A stretch of 64,000 nt of DNA from an uncultured Pseudomonadota bacterium (GCA_963843375.1 CAWJKT010000007.1:1-64000), one strand, 5' to 3'; positions 9,457 to 19,120 are shown, counted from the first letter of the stretch. Translations and numbers: made by a program. Notes: generated by a model from the sequence alone, not told the origin.

Positions 9457-10485
9457 TTACTTCTTGACCTTTGCGGGTGAATTAGCATTGAACCCATTCA
9501 ACATATTTTGACCGTAAGTTTGGAGCCATTTAAGGCTACCTGGGGGCATGCCTATCGGAATTGTTTCTGCGGTTTGTGGTTTCCAATTTAATAATCCATC
9601 TCTACCATCACCAACTGAAGAGATTTCTAAAAATGAATCAGGATAGAACTCTGGAGAATGTTCTTCTTCGTTTTCAAATCTACACAGAATCATCCAATGA
9701 ATCATTGGGCTCATTCCGCCACTTTTCAAAGGGGTTCCCTGATAAAGATATAACGGAAAAAAGAGCGACGAAATATGTGGACTTTGAAAACCTTTGCAAA
9801 GCAAATCATACATAAAGGTTTTGATAGCCCAAGAATATTTACCGCCCAAAGGCCCCATGGCGGGTACAGGAAGTGCATTTATAGCTTCACATTTATCTTT
9901 AAATTTTTGAGACTCGCTTAAAAGACCTTTTTTTAAAAAACGTTCTTTTTTCAATGCATCAATTTGGTTTCTAACAGTTATAAGCAAAATAAAGTGAGAG
10001 GAACCGCCCATAGTTTGAAAACATTCTTTTTGATCTCTTAAAATTTGCTTAATCGCTTCAAAGCGAAGAACTTTTTCCGTTCCAGCAAAAGTAGAAACCC
10101 TACTACCTATTTCGTCACAAAAATCCAAATTGTAGAGTGTGACAACTTTATCTTGAGAGTATTTTTGATAGTCGAAGTCTCTTCGTTGAATAATAACTTC
10201 TTCCATGCTTCCCAGATATGCATAGCCAGGAATTCCAGCCAACATCATATTTTTTCTCAAGGCTTCTACATTTGCACGCCCATCAGAACCACCTCCAAGC
10301 GGTTCGAAAGCGACAACATGATCAATCATGTCCCTCCACAACTTTATATCGATCAAATCAATACCCGGTAAACCCATATATCTATATTTAACACCATACT
10401 GCTTATGAAGATATTGGAGTACCGGTGTATTCCATCGAAGTCGAACATTATCTTTGGATGAATTATTTTGAAAAGGTTTTTTCAT
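9457..10485 (-). CDS. Putative SAM-dependent methyltransferase-fold protein
   Basis: YMGLPG glycine loop, VVAFE acidic strand end and YNLDFC resemble Rossmann methyltransferase motifs I, II and IV. Confidence 0.5.
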   Translation of the reverse strand: MKKPFQNNSSKDNVRLRWNTPVLQYLHKQYGVKYRYMGLPGIDLIDIKLWRDMIDHVVAFEPLGGGSDGRANVEALRKNMMLAGIPGYAYLGSMEEVIIQRRDFDYQKYSQDKVVTLYNLDFCDEIGSRVSTFAGTEKVLRFEAIKQILRDQKECFQTMGGSSHFILLITVRNQIDALKKERFLKKGLLSESQKFKDKCEAINALPVPAMGPLGGKYSWAIKTFMYDLLCKGFQSPHISSLFFPLYLYQGTPLKSGGMSPMIHWMILCRFENEEEHSPEFYPDSFLEISSVGDGRDGLLNWKPQTAETIPIGMPPGSLKWLQTYGQNMLNGFNANSPAKVKK

Positions 10486-10487
10486 AA

Positions 10488-12098
10488 TTAAAACTTCTCG
10501 TCAAAATAATTCCGTAGCTCCTTTAACATGCTTTGGTAATTCTTTTTCTCAAGATAAGGAATCAAAAACTCCTTCTCCAAAAGCTTTAATGCTTTTTGAA
10601 CATCTGCCGTTAATTGTATTCCTGCATATTCAAAAACAGAAACAAGGTCGTTATTAGTACTTTCTTTAAGGCTAGCGGCAACCGCCGAAAGCTTAGCTTC
10701 CGTTTGTATAGACTTCGCCACATCTTCTTCCAAGCGTCTTGATGACTTCATGTTTTCTAGCAAAGTATTTTTCACAAGAGAAATACAATCCTTCAAGCTT
10801 TTCATAACATCGTTATATTGTTCCTTATGGTCCTCCAAATCTTCGAACCGCTTTTTCCGTCCCTTAAGCAGATGTTCCAAATGAATAAGTTCGCTATTAA
10901 ATGTGAGCATTTTCTCTTTGTCTCGGCGGCTAGTTAATATTTCTTTAGCGATTTCAGAAACTCTACTTGTCACATCAGTTAACACATCGAGGGCCTTGCT
11001 CTCCTCTTGAATTACGTTTGCCCAATCCGATAAATCTTTAATAAATTTCGGAAGCACAAGTTCAAGAAACTCCAACCTTGTTGAATTGCTTTCAAAGTCA
11101 CTTCTTGCTGCATTTGGTAAAAGATTTAGATTTTGAATTATTATTTCACCGGTTATACGTCTATTAAAAACCGGCCTTTTGAAAAAATGTTCCAGATACG
11201 AACGATTGGCTATTGAAAACCCAAACTTCTTTATTAAAAGTCCGCGCAGGGCGGAATTTTTCAAAACACTTCGTTCATCATTAATACAAACCCATGCAAA
11301 ACCATAATCTTTTTTCCCATGTTTCAACTTGAAATATTTCGGCCTGTGAACCCCACCTTGTGAAAAAATATCATTTGTATAAGGCCGGTAAAGATCCTGT
11401 TTTCTATCATGTATTTGGAGGGTTAACGGAACGACTCGATAATCTTCATCCTCAAATCTTTTTTCAACTTCAGCTCCGAATTTAAATTCCGGGTGAAAGG
11501 GTAGCGGAACAACATCTTGTAAATATTTTTCAGTGGATTCCCAATTCAAATAACTCGATTCACCAGTCATTCCACTCATGATGACTTTTGTGCCATGATC
11601 TTTTATGGTGTCTTTATCATCAACTTCAACATAGACATTGCCTTCTAGGAGTTTTTCAAGATAGAGTTTGGACGGAAGACCTTTTTTTCTCCGCTCTTGT
11701 TCTTCGGCTAACCTTGTACGGATTGTTTTAAAGTCAAACTTAATGTAATTTCCACTGCTTTCGTCTTTAGATTTAGTATAGACTTCCAGCAAATCGCACA
11801 GATTAAAAGCAGAATAAATTCCGATGCCACGAAACCCCACGTTGATTTTCGGATTTTTATCCGAAATGCCCAATCTTTTTGCCCGACTTGCTTCGTCTTT
11901 CGTCATTCCTTTACCATCATCGACAATTGCCACCGTTGACGGACCAATTATTAATTCTATTTTTTTTGATGCTGCGTCAATAGAGTTTTGAATATATTCC
12001 CTAAATGCATCGAGCGTGTATTTATATAGTCCCGTGGTTAATATCGGAAGTATTTCAGCCCCTATGTCTCTTTTCGAGAAATGCAATCTATCGGCCAT
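10488..12098 (-). CDS. GHKL (Hsp90/MORC-like) ATPase (paralogue of 1198-2766)
   Basis: FREYIQNSIDA, DDGKGM, GFRGIG, PNAARSDFE; coiled-coil C-terminus. Start set at ATG 12098 behind a GGAGA RBS. Confidence 0.85.
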   Translation of the reverse strand: MADRLHFSKRDIGAEILPILTTGLYKYTLDAFREYIQNSIDAASKKIELIIGPSTVAIVDDGKGMTKDEASRAKRLGISDKNPKINVGFRGIGIYSAFNLCDLLEVYTKSKDESSGNYIKFDFKTIRTRLAEEQERRKKGLPSKLYLEKLLEGNVYVEVDDKDTIKDHGTKVIMSGMTGESSYLNWESTEKYLQDVVPLPFHPEFKFGAEVEKRFEDEDYRVVPLTLQIHDRKQDLYRPYTNDIFSQGGVHRPKYFKLKHGKKDYGFAWVCINDERSVLKNSALRGLLIKKFGFSIANRSYLEHFFKRPVFNRRITGEIIIQNLNLLPNAARSDFESNSTRLEFLELVLPKFIKDLSDWANVIQEESKALDVLTDVTSRVSEIAKEILTSRRDKEKMLTFNSELIHLEHLLKGRKKRFEDLEDHKEQYNDVMKSLKDCISLVKNTLLENMKSSRRLEEDVAKSIQTEAKLSAVAASLKESTNNDLVSVFEYAGIQLTADVQKALKLLEKEFLIPYLEKKNYQSMLKELRNYFDEKF

Positions 12099-12297
12099 TA
12101 TTTTTTCTCCAAAATTAATTTGATTGGCGATATCTACTAAAATACGTACGCTTGTTATGTCGATGAAGCTCCATAATAAACACAATCCTTGCCAAAACAA
12201 CAAAAACACAATGATTACCTTGGCTCCCAGCTTAAGATTTCCGACCTGTTTCCATATCGAACCTGAGAAAAGCGATTATCGAAAAAGAGTGCTGCAC

Positions 12298-12334
12298 TTG
12301 ATGAATGTCAGAAACCAACCTATAATTCTGACAT
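12298..12334 (+). promoter_or_regulatory. Sigma70-type promoter overlapped by an inverted-repeat operator
   Basis: TTGATG(12298)-17 bp-TATAAT(12321); perfect IR ATGTCAGAA (12305-12313) / TTCTGACAT (12326-12334); AAGGAG RBS follows. Confidence 0.7.
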
Positions 12335-12347
12335 AAGGAGTTTAAAC

Positions 12348-12959
12348 ATGAGTCCAGTAATTCAAACCATACTCAAATCTTCCCAAACTCGGCCCGAGGG
12401 GAGTGTCTTATCGCCTAAGGAATTCTTGGGCCAGAATAGCCGCGCCTCTGTAGACCAGGCTTTTACCCGTTTGACCAAAGCGGGTAAATTGATCCGGGTT
12501 AGCCAGGGCGCTTATGTAGCACCGGTAGAAGGACGCTTTGGAACCCGGCCTCCGGCTCCCGAAACCGTCATTAAGTCTATGGCTGTAAGAAATGGCGAGG
12601 AAGTAGCCTCCAACGGGGCTGTTGCGGCAAACTCCCTTGGCTTAACCACCCAAGTCCCTGTCCAGGAAGTTTTTGTTACCACGGGGCGCAGTCGGACTTT
12701 ACGACTCGGAAAAAGAACAATCAAATTCAAACACGCGCCACGCTGGCAGTTGGCTTTGGGAAACCGCCCAGCAGGTATGGCTGTTCGAGCTTTAGCCTGG
12801 GTAGGCCCATCGCACGCCCCAGAAGCCCTTGTTAAAATTCGTCAAAAGCTTCCCAAGGAAGAATGGAAAGCAATGGTTGAATCGCGTGCTTTTTTCCCTG
12901 GATGGATCGCGAAATTACTTGGCGAAGCCGAACAACATACGGTAGGCAACGTTAGATAA
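12348..12959 (+). CDS. DUF6088/AbiEi-like type IV antitoxin-type DNA-binding protein
   Basis: SRASVDQAFTRL...GKLIRVSQGAY wHTH; GAVAANSLGLTTQVP motif. Confidence 0.8.
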   Translation: MSPVIQTILKSSQTRPEGSVLSPKEFLGQNSRASVDQAFTRLTKAGKLIRVSQGAYVAPVEGRFGTRPPAPETVIKSMAVRNGEEVASNGAVAANSLGLTTQVPVQEVFVTTGRSRTLRLGKRTIKFKHAPRWQLALGNRPAGMAVRALAWVGPSHAPEALVKIRQKLPKEEWKAMVESRAFFPGWIAKLLGEAEQHTVGNVR

Positions 12960-12968
12960 AATAACTCT

Positions 12969-13760
12969 TTAGGGAATTTGTTGAAGGACCCCATTTATAC
13001 GTTCGTAAGCATCCCGAATCGTTCTTTCCCGTTGCACTTCATCATATTCACTAAGGAATTCAGCTACGGCTTTGGGACCCCTCGCGTCAATGGCTGAAAA
13101 GTTTTGCCTCAACTTTTCAACTCCCTCTTTTACCCCCGGATTCCCCATTTGCTTTTTAAACTGATGGGCCAATCCCAATCCTGATTGGTAGTTTTTAACA
13201 CAGAAATAAATATCGTACGCGTCTTTGGATTCGAATCGATCCATGAAACTGATGGCTTTCATTGAAATAAATGAAACCAGGGACGCCGCCAGGAATCTCA
13301 CCACTCCCTCGTGTCCATCCGGGAAAATGCCATTGGTTCTGATTTCCACCGGCTCCTCAAAGGCCAATTCGCACCCATGGACAGCTTGGGCCAAATCATC
13401 CTTGGAATGTGAATCTTCACCAGTTAGTAAATCCACCTGGATCTTATACTTCTTCCCATTCTTCTCAAGAATCCGGTGGAATATAAAAGGCTTATCATTA
13501 CTTTGTTTGTAGTTGTTTTGAATTAATATGGTTTCAATCATTGCCAAATCCGAGCTTTGAACAGTCTCACGATCAATCGCCAAATCAACGTCAGTCGTAC
13601 CAACATGCGGTACCTCAGCTGTTGGAAACATGACCCACGGAACCGATCCGCCAATCAAAACAATATGGTCATGGTAGACATTCAATATTTGCATGAGCTC
13701 AAGCATCACCGACCGCGCGGCCTCCACTTCCCCTTTTTCAAAATCTCTTTTCATTGCCAT
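12969..13760 (-). CDS. Nucleotidyltransferase, AbiEii-like type IV toxin
   Basis: LIGG...GTTDVD Pol-beta-type motif; K...KDAYD C-terminal motif. Confidence 0.75.
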   Translation of the reverse strand: MAMKRDFEKGEVEAARSVMLELMQILNVYHDHIVLIGGSVPWVMFPTAEVPHVGTTDVDLAIDRETVQSSDLAMIETILIQNNYKQSNDKPFIFHRILEKNGKKYKIQVDLLTGEDSHSKDDLAQAVHGCELAFEEPVEIRTNGIFPDGHEGVVRFLAASLVSFISMKAISFMDRFESKDAYDIYFCVKNYQSGLGLAHQFKKQMGNPGVKEGVEKLRQNFSAIDARGPKAVAEFLSEYDEVQRERTIRDAYERINGVLQQIP

Positions 13761-14824
13761 GTAGGTCTGATTACCTCTTCCAAAAGGGCTTCGGCGGCTT
13801 CTTTACCTCTGCCTTTGTTTCCGATCAGCTCTAAATATACCTGTATCGGCGAGGCAACAGGTATTCCATTAAAAAATTGAGCTCCATAAAAAACGCCTTC
13901 ATCGGCGGGTTTAATAAGGGTGAAATTAGCTCCACTATCCACTTCTTTTAAACCAAGTGCCGCTGCCACAAGATCAATGTCTTCGGCGTAAGCTGTTTCA
14001 CCGTTGTATCTGGTAAACGGGTAATAGAGTTCAGCACCCGTAAAGCTCGTCAGAGCATAGGTTTGATGCCGCCGATCATGGGCTTCCTGCAACAACCCTT
14101 CCATTTCATTCAGGCTTCTCATCGTATAGAAACCCCTGACGGCATCTTGATCTTTTTTATAATTCTGCGCCCACTCCATCAATAACGCTTCGGGCTTCAC
14201 CAAAGAAAGATTTGCGCGTTCCGACTTAATCCATTCCCTGTCTTGCAGATGTTTTTTTACATGGGCCACATGGGCCAAACTCACTTTTGCTTCATTCGCC
14301 AAATCCTGCATTTTCCAAAACTGTTTAGGATGAGTCAGTAGAACCCGAAGAACCCTTGCCGCCCTAGGCGTATAAAGGGTCATTAAAAAAGTACGGCGCC
14401 CAAAAGGATTTTTTTGGTTCCTGACTTTGAGGAAAAGACCGTCAAATTCCAAGCGGCAATTACCGGCCAAGTCCACCGTGCCGATTCCAGCTTCTTTGCA
14501 GATCAGATCAGCTTCATCGGAGACATAAGGGGCGAACATAACACCGTAGGCTTGGGGTTCGCGCGCCAAATAGTTTTTAAACCGTTCCACGGCAATCCTG
14601 GCTTCGCGGGGCTGGCCGTTGCCAAACACTTCCCCAAGCACACTGTATTTTCGTTTTCCATAAGTGAACGAAGCGGTTATATCCGCCTTTTGAGCGGTAT
14701 CTTTGTGGGCAATAATATGCAGATCGGGGATGGGCCCAGCTTGATTCAGGCAATTCTCTAGCGATCTCATTGCGTTTATCTGTAAATCACTATAGTTTTT
14801 CATTAATATAGGCTTTTTTAACAT
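13751..14824 (-). CDS. AbiEi-like type IV antitoxin / transcription regulator
   Basis: HTH (LANEAKVSLAHV), GANF and ASPIQVYLEL...GRGKEAAE motifs; overlaps the start of the toxin gene. Confidence 0.75.
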   Translation of the reverse strand: MLKKPILMKNYSDLQINAMRSLENCLNQAGPIPDLHIIAHKDTAQKADITASFTYGKRKYSVLGEVFGNGQPREARIAVERFKNYLAREPQAYGVMFAPYVSDEADLICKEAGIGTVDLAGNCRLEFDGLFLKVRNQKNPFGRRTFLMTLYTPRAARVLRVLLTHPKQFWKMQDLANEAKVSLAHVAHVKKHLQDREWIKSERANLSLVKPEALLMEWAQNYKKDQDAVRGFYTMRSLNEMEGLLQEAHDRRHQTYALTSFTGAELYYPFTRYNGETAYAEDIDLVAAALGLKEVDSGANFTLIKPADEGVFYGAQFFNGIPVASPIQVYLELIGNKGRGKEAAEALLEEVIRPTWQ

Positions 14825-14867
14825 ACGTTAAAAATATAACTATTACAAAAAATTGTCAATATATGCC

Positions 14868-17345
14868 TTAATTTATATGTCTATTTCTCAGCCGCAAGGC
14901 GTTTGTAATGACCGAGACCGAACTTAAGCTCATGGCCGCCGCCGCAATCATGGGGTTCAAGAGCCAGCCAAAGAAGGGGTATAGAAGACCCGCCGCCAAT
15001 GGAATCCCAAGAGCATTGTAGATAAAGGCGAAGAAAAGGTTTTGCTGGATGTTATTTAAGGTAGCCCGACTTAAGGCCCTGGCTTTGACAATTCCCTGAA
15101 GATCCCCTTTTACCAGAGTCACACCTGCGCTTTCCATCGCGATATCCGTGCCGGTCCCCATGGCAATGCCCACCTGTGCTTGGGCCAAGGCTGGAGCGTC
15201 ATTGATGCCATCCCCCGCCATGGCAACGATCCTTCCCTCGCTTTGGAGGCGCTTCACCTCCTTAACCTTTTCTTCCGGCATCACTTCCGCAAGAAATCCA
15301 TCTAATCCTAATTTCTTCGCAACGGCTTGGGCTGTGGATTTATTGTCCCCGGTCAGCATAATGATCTTTACGCCTTCCTGACTTAGTTTCTTTATGGCTC
15401 CTTCCGTTGTTTTCTTTACCGGGTCAGCGACTCCTAAAAGGCCGGCGAGTTTTTGGCCCGAAGAAAGGAACATCACGGTCTGCCCGTCCTCTTGAAGCTC
15501 TCGGGCTTTTGATTCCATGGTGCCCAACTCTATTTTCATATCCTCCATTAACCGGCTGTTTCCTAAAGCCGCCTCCTGGCTTCCTACCCTTGCGAAAATA
15601 CCCTTGCCGATCCTCGCCTGGAAATCCGAGGCTTTGCCGCCTTCTACTCCCCTCTCTTGGGCTCCTCGAAGGATGGCTCCTGCCAATGGATGTTCGCTCC
15701 CTTTCTCCATGGTAGCCGCAAGCTCCAAAAGTCCTTTTTCATCCCATCCCTCTGCTGGAACAACGGAAACAAGTTTCGGCTTTCCCTCCGTCAGGGTGCC
15801 GGTTTTATCCACCACAAGGGTATCCACTTTTCGAAACAACTCGATAGTTTCCGCGTCACGGAAAAGAATCCCCATAGAGGCTCCCTTACCCGTAGCCACC
15901 ATGATCGACATGGGAGTAGCCAAACCAAGAGCGCAGGGACAGGCAATGATAAGTACCGCCACTGCGTTAACGACTGCGTGAGCGAAACGGGGTTCGGGAC
16001 CCCAATAAGCCCAGGCGACGAAAGTTATCACTGCGAAAAGAATCACCAGTGGCACGAAATATCCCGATACCACATCCGCTAGTTTCTGGATGGGGGCCCG
16101 GCTACGCTGGGCCTCCGAGACCATAGCCACAATCCGGGAAAGGAGAGTTTCCGAACCCACTTTCTCGGCCAACATCAGGAATGAACCGGTCCCGTTGATC
16201 GTTGCGCCCACGACTTTGCTACCCGCCGTCTTTTCCACGGCAATGGGTTCCCCTGATACCATCGACTCATCCACCGAACTGGTTCCTTCCAAAACCACTC
16301 CGTCCACCGGAACCTTCTCACCGGGCCTCACCCGCAACCGGTCGCCGGGATGGACTGATTCCAAGGGTACGTCCTCTTCGGAACCGTCACTTTTGACCCA
16401 GCGCGCGTTTTTCGCGTTCATCCCCAAAAGCTTTTTCAAGGCCATACTGGTGTGGCTCCTCGCTTTGAGTTCCAAAACCTGCCCTAATAAGATCAAAGTA
16501 ACGATGACAGCCGCCGATTCAAAATAGACCTCCACTTCCCCGCCTTCTCCCCGGAACGAAGGCGGAAAAAGACTCGGAAACAGGACGGCAACCACGCTAT
16601 AGCCGAAAGCTACCCCCACCCCCATACCAATAAGGGTGAACATGTTGAGACTTCGGTTTACCACCGATTGAACCGCCCGGACATAGAAAGGCCATGCCGC
16701 CCAAAAACATACGGGTGCGGCCAACCCGAATTCGATCCAAACTTTGAGCTCATGCGAAAGAAATTTGGACAGGGGCATTCCAGGCAATAGGTCCGCCATT
16801 GCTAAAATAAAGATGGGGATAGTCAAAACCACAGAAAGCCAAAACCGGCGGCTCATATCAGCCAGTTCAGGATTGTCTTGTGGTTCCGCCGTCACCCGCA
16901 AAGGTTCTAAAGCCATGCCGCACTTAGGGCAGGGACCAGGATGGTCCAACCGCACTTCAGGATGCATGGGGCATGTATAAATCTCCCCAGCAGATGGCGT
17001 TATCGGTTTAGAAACTTCAACTGGAATAGGTGATGGTTTCAGGTATTTTTCTGGATCGATCCTGAATTTCTCCAGACACCCCTTGCCGCAAAAGTAGTAA
17101 GTTTTGCCCTTGAACTCGAAAACATTCTTGGCCCCTTCCGGGGCTACCTTCATCCCACAAACCGGATCGATTTCCTTCGGCTTGGATTCAACCGCGGGTT
17201 CTTTTAAAACCAAGTCCATCCCGCACTGGGGACATTTGCCCGGATGATCCTGTTTCACGTCCGGATGCATTGGGCATGTGTAAAAACCGCCAATCTTAAC
17301 GGATTCGGTTTGTTCCTTGCTTTTTTCACTAAAATGACTGTCCAT
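14868..17345 (-). CDS. copA: Cu(+)/Ag(+)-translocating P1B-type ATPase with HMBD and YHS domains
   Basis: YTCPMHP twice, [35 protein letters not shown] and MSLSS. Confidence 0.93.
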   Translation of the reverse strand: MDSHFSEKSKEQTESVKIGGFYTCPMHPDVKQDHPGKCPQCGMDLVLKEPAVESKPKEIDPVCGMKVAPEGAKNVFEFKGKTYYFCGKGCLEKFRIDPEKYLKPSPIPVEVSKPITPSAGEIYTCPMHPEVRLDHPGPCPKCGMALEPLRVTAEPQDNPELADMSRRFWLSVVLTIPIFILAMADLLPGMPLSKFLSHELKVWIEFGLAAPVCFWAAWPFYVRAVQSVVNRSLNMFTLIGMGVGVAFGYSVVAVLFPSLFPPSFRGEGGEVEVYFESAAVIVTLILLGQVLELKARSHTSMALKKLLGMNAKNARWVKSDGSEEDVPLESVHPGDRLRVRPGEKVPVDGVVLEGTSSVDESMVSGEPIAVEKTAGSKVVGATINGTGSFLMLAEKVGSETLLSRIVAMVSEAQRSRAPIQKLADVVSGYFVPLVILFAVITFVAWAYWGPEPRFAHAVVNAVAVLIIACPCALGLATPMSIMVATGKGASMGILFRDAETIELFRKVDTLVVDKTGTLTEGKPKLVSVVPAEGWDEKGLLELAATMEKGSEHPLAGAILRGAQERGVEGGKASDFQARIGKGIFARVGSQEAALGNSRLMEDMKIELGTMESKARELQEDGQTVMFLSSGQKLAGLLGVADPVKKTTEGAIKKLSQEGVKIIMLTGDNKSTAQAVAKKLGLDGFLAEVMPEEKVKEVKRLQSEGRIVAMAGDGINDAPALAQAQVGIAMGTGTDIAMESAGVTLVKGDLQGIVKARALSRATLNNIQQNLFFAFIYNALGIPLAAGLLYPFFGWLLNPMIAAAAMSLSSVSVITNALRLRNRHIN

Positions 17346-17468
17346 AACTTCCTTCTCTTTCTTTAAATGGTGTTCATTATTAGGCTTCTCGCAATGAGTG
17401 GGTCAATGGGAGATCTTAAATAATTAATTTTTCATCATTACTCGACCTAAAATCCAAAATACTTCGCT

Positions 17469-17502
17469 AAAAATAAAAGGGGGCGGCTATCTGCCACCCC
17501 CT
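17469..17502 (-). terminator. Intrinsic terminator
   Basis: AGGGGGTGGC-agata-GCCGCCCCCT stem followed by TTTATTTT, downstream of the gene ending at 17519. Confidence 0.7.
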
Positions 17503-17518
17503 CAAACCTCTCACAATC

Positions 17519-17875
17519 TTAAAAGTACATATAAGCTTCGTACTTGTCCAAATGACTTTCGATTTCACCCAGACAGTCCTTGCAGGCCAGCGTTATCTTC
17601 TTGCCGTTCGACAAGGTTACTTCCATCCGGTTGAACTTATTGAAAAGCATATTGGGCATAGAGGGACAGCTTCTATACCAAACACCGGATTGAACAACGG
17701 AATTAAGATTTACAACCGTTGTCTTGGCCCCTTTCGGCCCGATTTCATATCCCGTATGGATACTTGAAAGCGGAACTCCGGGAGCGACCGGCATGGCCGG
17801 GTGGTTACCCGCAAAGGCAGAAGCAACGGTTCCGAACATAAAAGCCAAGGCTAAAAGCGTGTATTTTGTTTTCAT
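17519..17875 (-). CDS. Exported TRASH/YHS-like metal-binding protein
   Basis: Signal peptide (ASAFA); CP...ACKDC motif; GAGGAGG RBS. Confidence 0.6.
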   Translation of the reverse strand: MKTKYTLLALAFMFGTVASAFAGNHPAMPVAPGVPLSSIHTGYEIGPKGAKTTVVNLNSVVQSGVWYRSCPSMPNMLFNKFNRMEVTLSNGKKITLACKDCLGEIESHLDKYEAYMYF

Positions 17876-17962
17876 CTGAGTCCTCCTCATTTTCTTGAAA
17901 GTGGTTATGACGCGCGCAAACGGGGCGTCGGTCTACCAGCACACCGAACTTTCAATGAAGAA

Positions 17963-18370
17963 TCACAGTCGAAGGACCTGGGAGTATTCCGGGTGGTAAA
18001 GAATTCGAATTTTAGGGCGCGAGACTAAAAATCTATCACCGTTTACGGCCAGGAAGGTTTCATTTGACGGAAGAAAAACCAACGCGAGACCAACGAACTT
18101 GGCCTCCCGTGTCTTTGAGACAACGGCGTGATTCGTGTAATTACAACAGGAGTGGTTACAGCAAGGAGCTGTCTGGTTTTGCTGACAGTTTGACGCAGAT
18201 AATGACAAACCGTCTTTACACCCGTCCACCATCGCTGGGCAAAAACAGGGGGTAAGAAAGCTCGTCACCGCCACTACTAAAAACATGCGACTAAAGGAGA
18301 GCATAGCCTTGCTCCTTTTTGAAAGGTTACGTCTGATTCCGCCATTTATCAATCCAGTCTCCCTATTCAC
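17963..18370 (-). CDS. Cys-rich exported leader-type protein (start may be further downstream)
   Basis: Hydrophobic segment, TPCFC, CCNHSCC; ends VLRL. Confidence 0.55.
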   Translation of the reverse strand: MNRETGLINGGIRRNLSKRSKAMLSFSRMFLVVAVTSFLTPCFCPAMVDGCKDGLSLSASNCQQNQTAPCCNHSCCNYTNHAVVSKTREAKFVGLALVFLPSNETFLAVNGDRFLVSRPKIRILYHPEYSQVLRL

Positions 18371-18667
18371 CTAATACATTAAGCTCTCGTATTTTTTCAG
18401 GTCTTTCTCAATTGGCTCTTTGCACTTTGGACAACACATCATGATTTTCTTGCCGTTGGAAAGGGCTGCTTCCACCCCTTGGCCGGTCCCGATTGTTTTT
18501 CCTGTGACTGGACACTTCTTGGCGTTCAAACCCTTTCCAAAGTTGGCCACGTCGGTACCTTGAAACCTGCTACTCGACATGTCCATGGAACCAGACGGGC
18601 TATCGCAATCCATAATCGACCCGAAAGTCAGGGCAATAACCACCAAGATCAAACCCAGTTTTATCAT
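18371..18667 (-). CDS. Small exported TRASH/YHS-like metal-binding protein
   Basis: Signal peptide; CPVTG...CCPKC; GGAG RBS. Confidence 0.7.
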   Translation of the reverse strand: MIKLGLILVVIALTFGSIMDCDSPSGSMDMSSSRFQGTDVANFGKGLNAKKCPVTGKTIGTGQGVEAALSNGKKIMMCCPKCKEPIEKDLKKYESLMY

Positions 18668-18754
18668 CGTTCACTCCATATTCACCGACACCGTTCCAAG
18701 TGGAACGAAAACCCAAAATCTGAAAGATTTTCGTTCCACCAGTGGCTACTCAGT

Positions 18755-19051
18755 TCAGTACGGAGACCCAGGCTTTTTCTCCACCAAATCCATGCCACAG
18801 TTAGGACATTTCCCCGGTTTGTCGCTGGTGTAGCCATCCATCGGACAAACATAAGTTATTTTTGCCGCTGTTGTTGGTGTCGTTACGGCTGTTTTCTTCT
18901 TTGCTTTCTTAACCTTATGTTTCACGACCGGCGTAGCGCCTACTCCCGGAGTCGAAACTCCTGGTGCAGTGCTCGTAGAATCGTCCGCCCAAACCGCATG
19001 GGCGGCCATTAAGAACGCTATCCCCACCAACAAACTTAATAACCTTTTCAT
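18755..19051 (-). CDS. Exported heavy-metal-binding-domain (HMBD) protein
   Basis: Signal peptide AVWA; YVCPMD...PGKCPNCGMDL. Confidence 0.8.
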   Translation of the reverse strand: MKRLLSLLVGIAFLMAAHAVWADDSTSTAPGVSTPGVGATPVVKHKVKKAKKKTAVTTPTTAAKITYVCPMDGYTSDKPGKCPNCGMDLVEKKPGSPY

Positions 19052-19120
19052 AATCTTGCTCCTTTGTTTTAATTCCCAAATTTCCATCACGGAAACAAGG
19101 GCACATCGCGCTCTACCTCG

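Noticed and set aside
12099..12209. N-terminal extension of the 573-aa ORF
   Set aside because: The ATG at 12098 has a GGAGA RBS and matches the start position of the paralogue.
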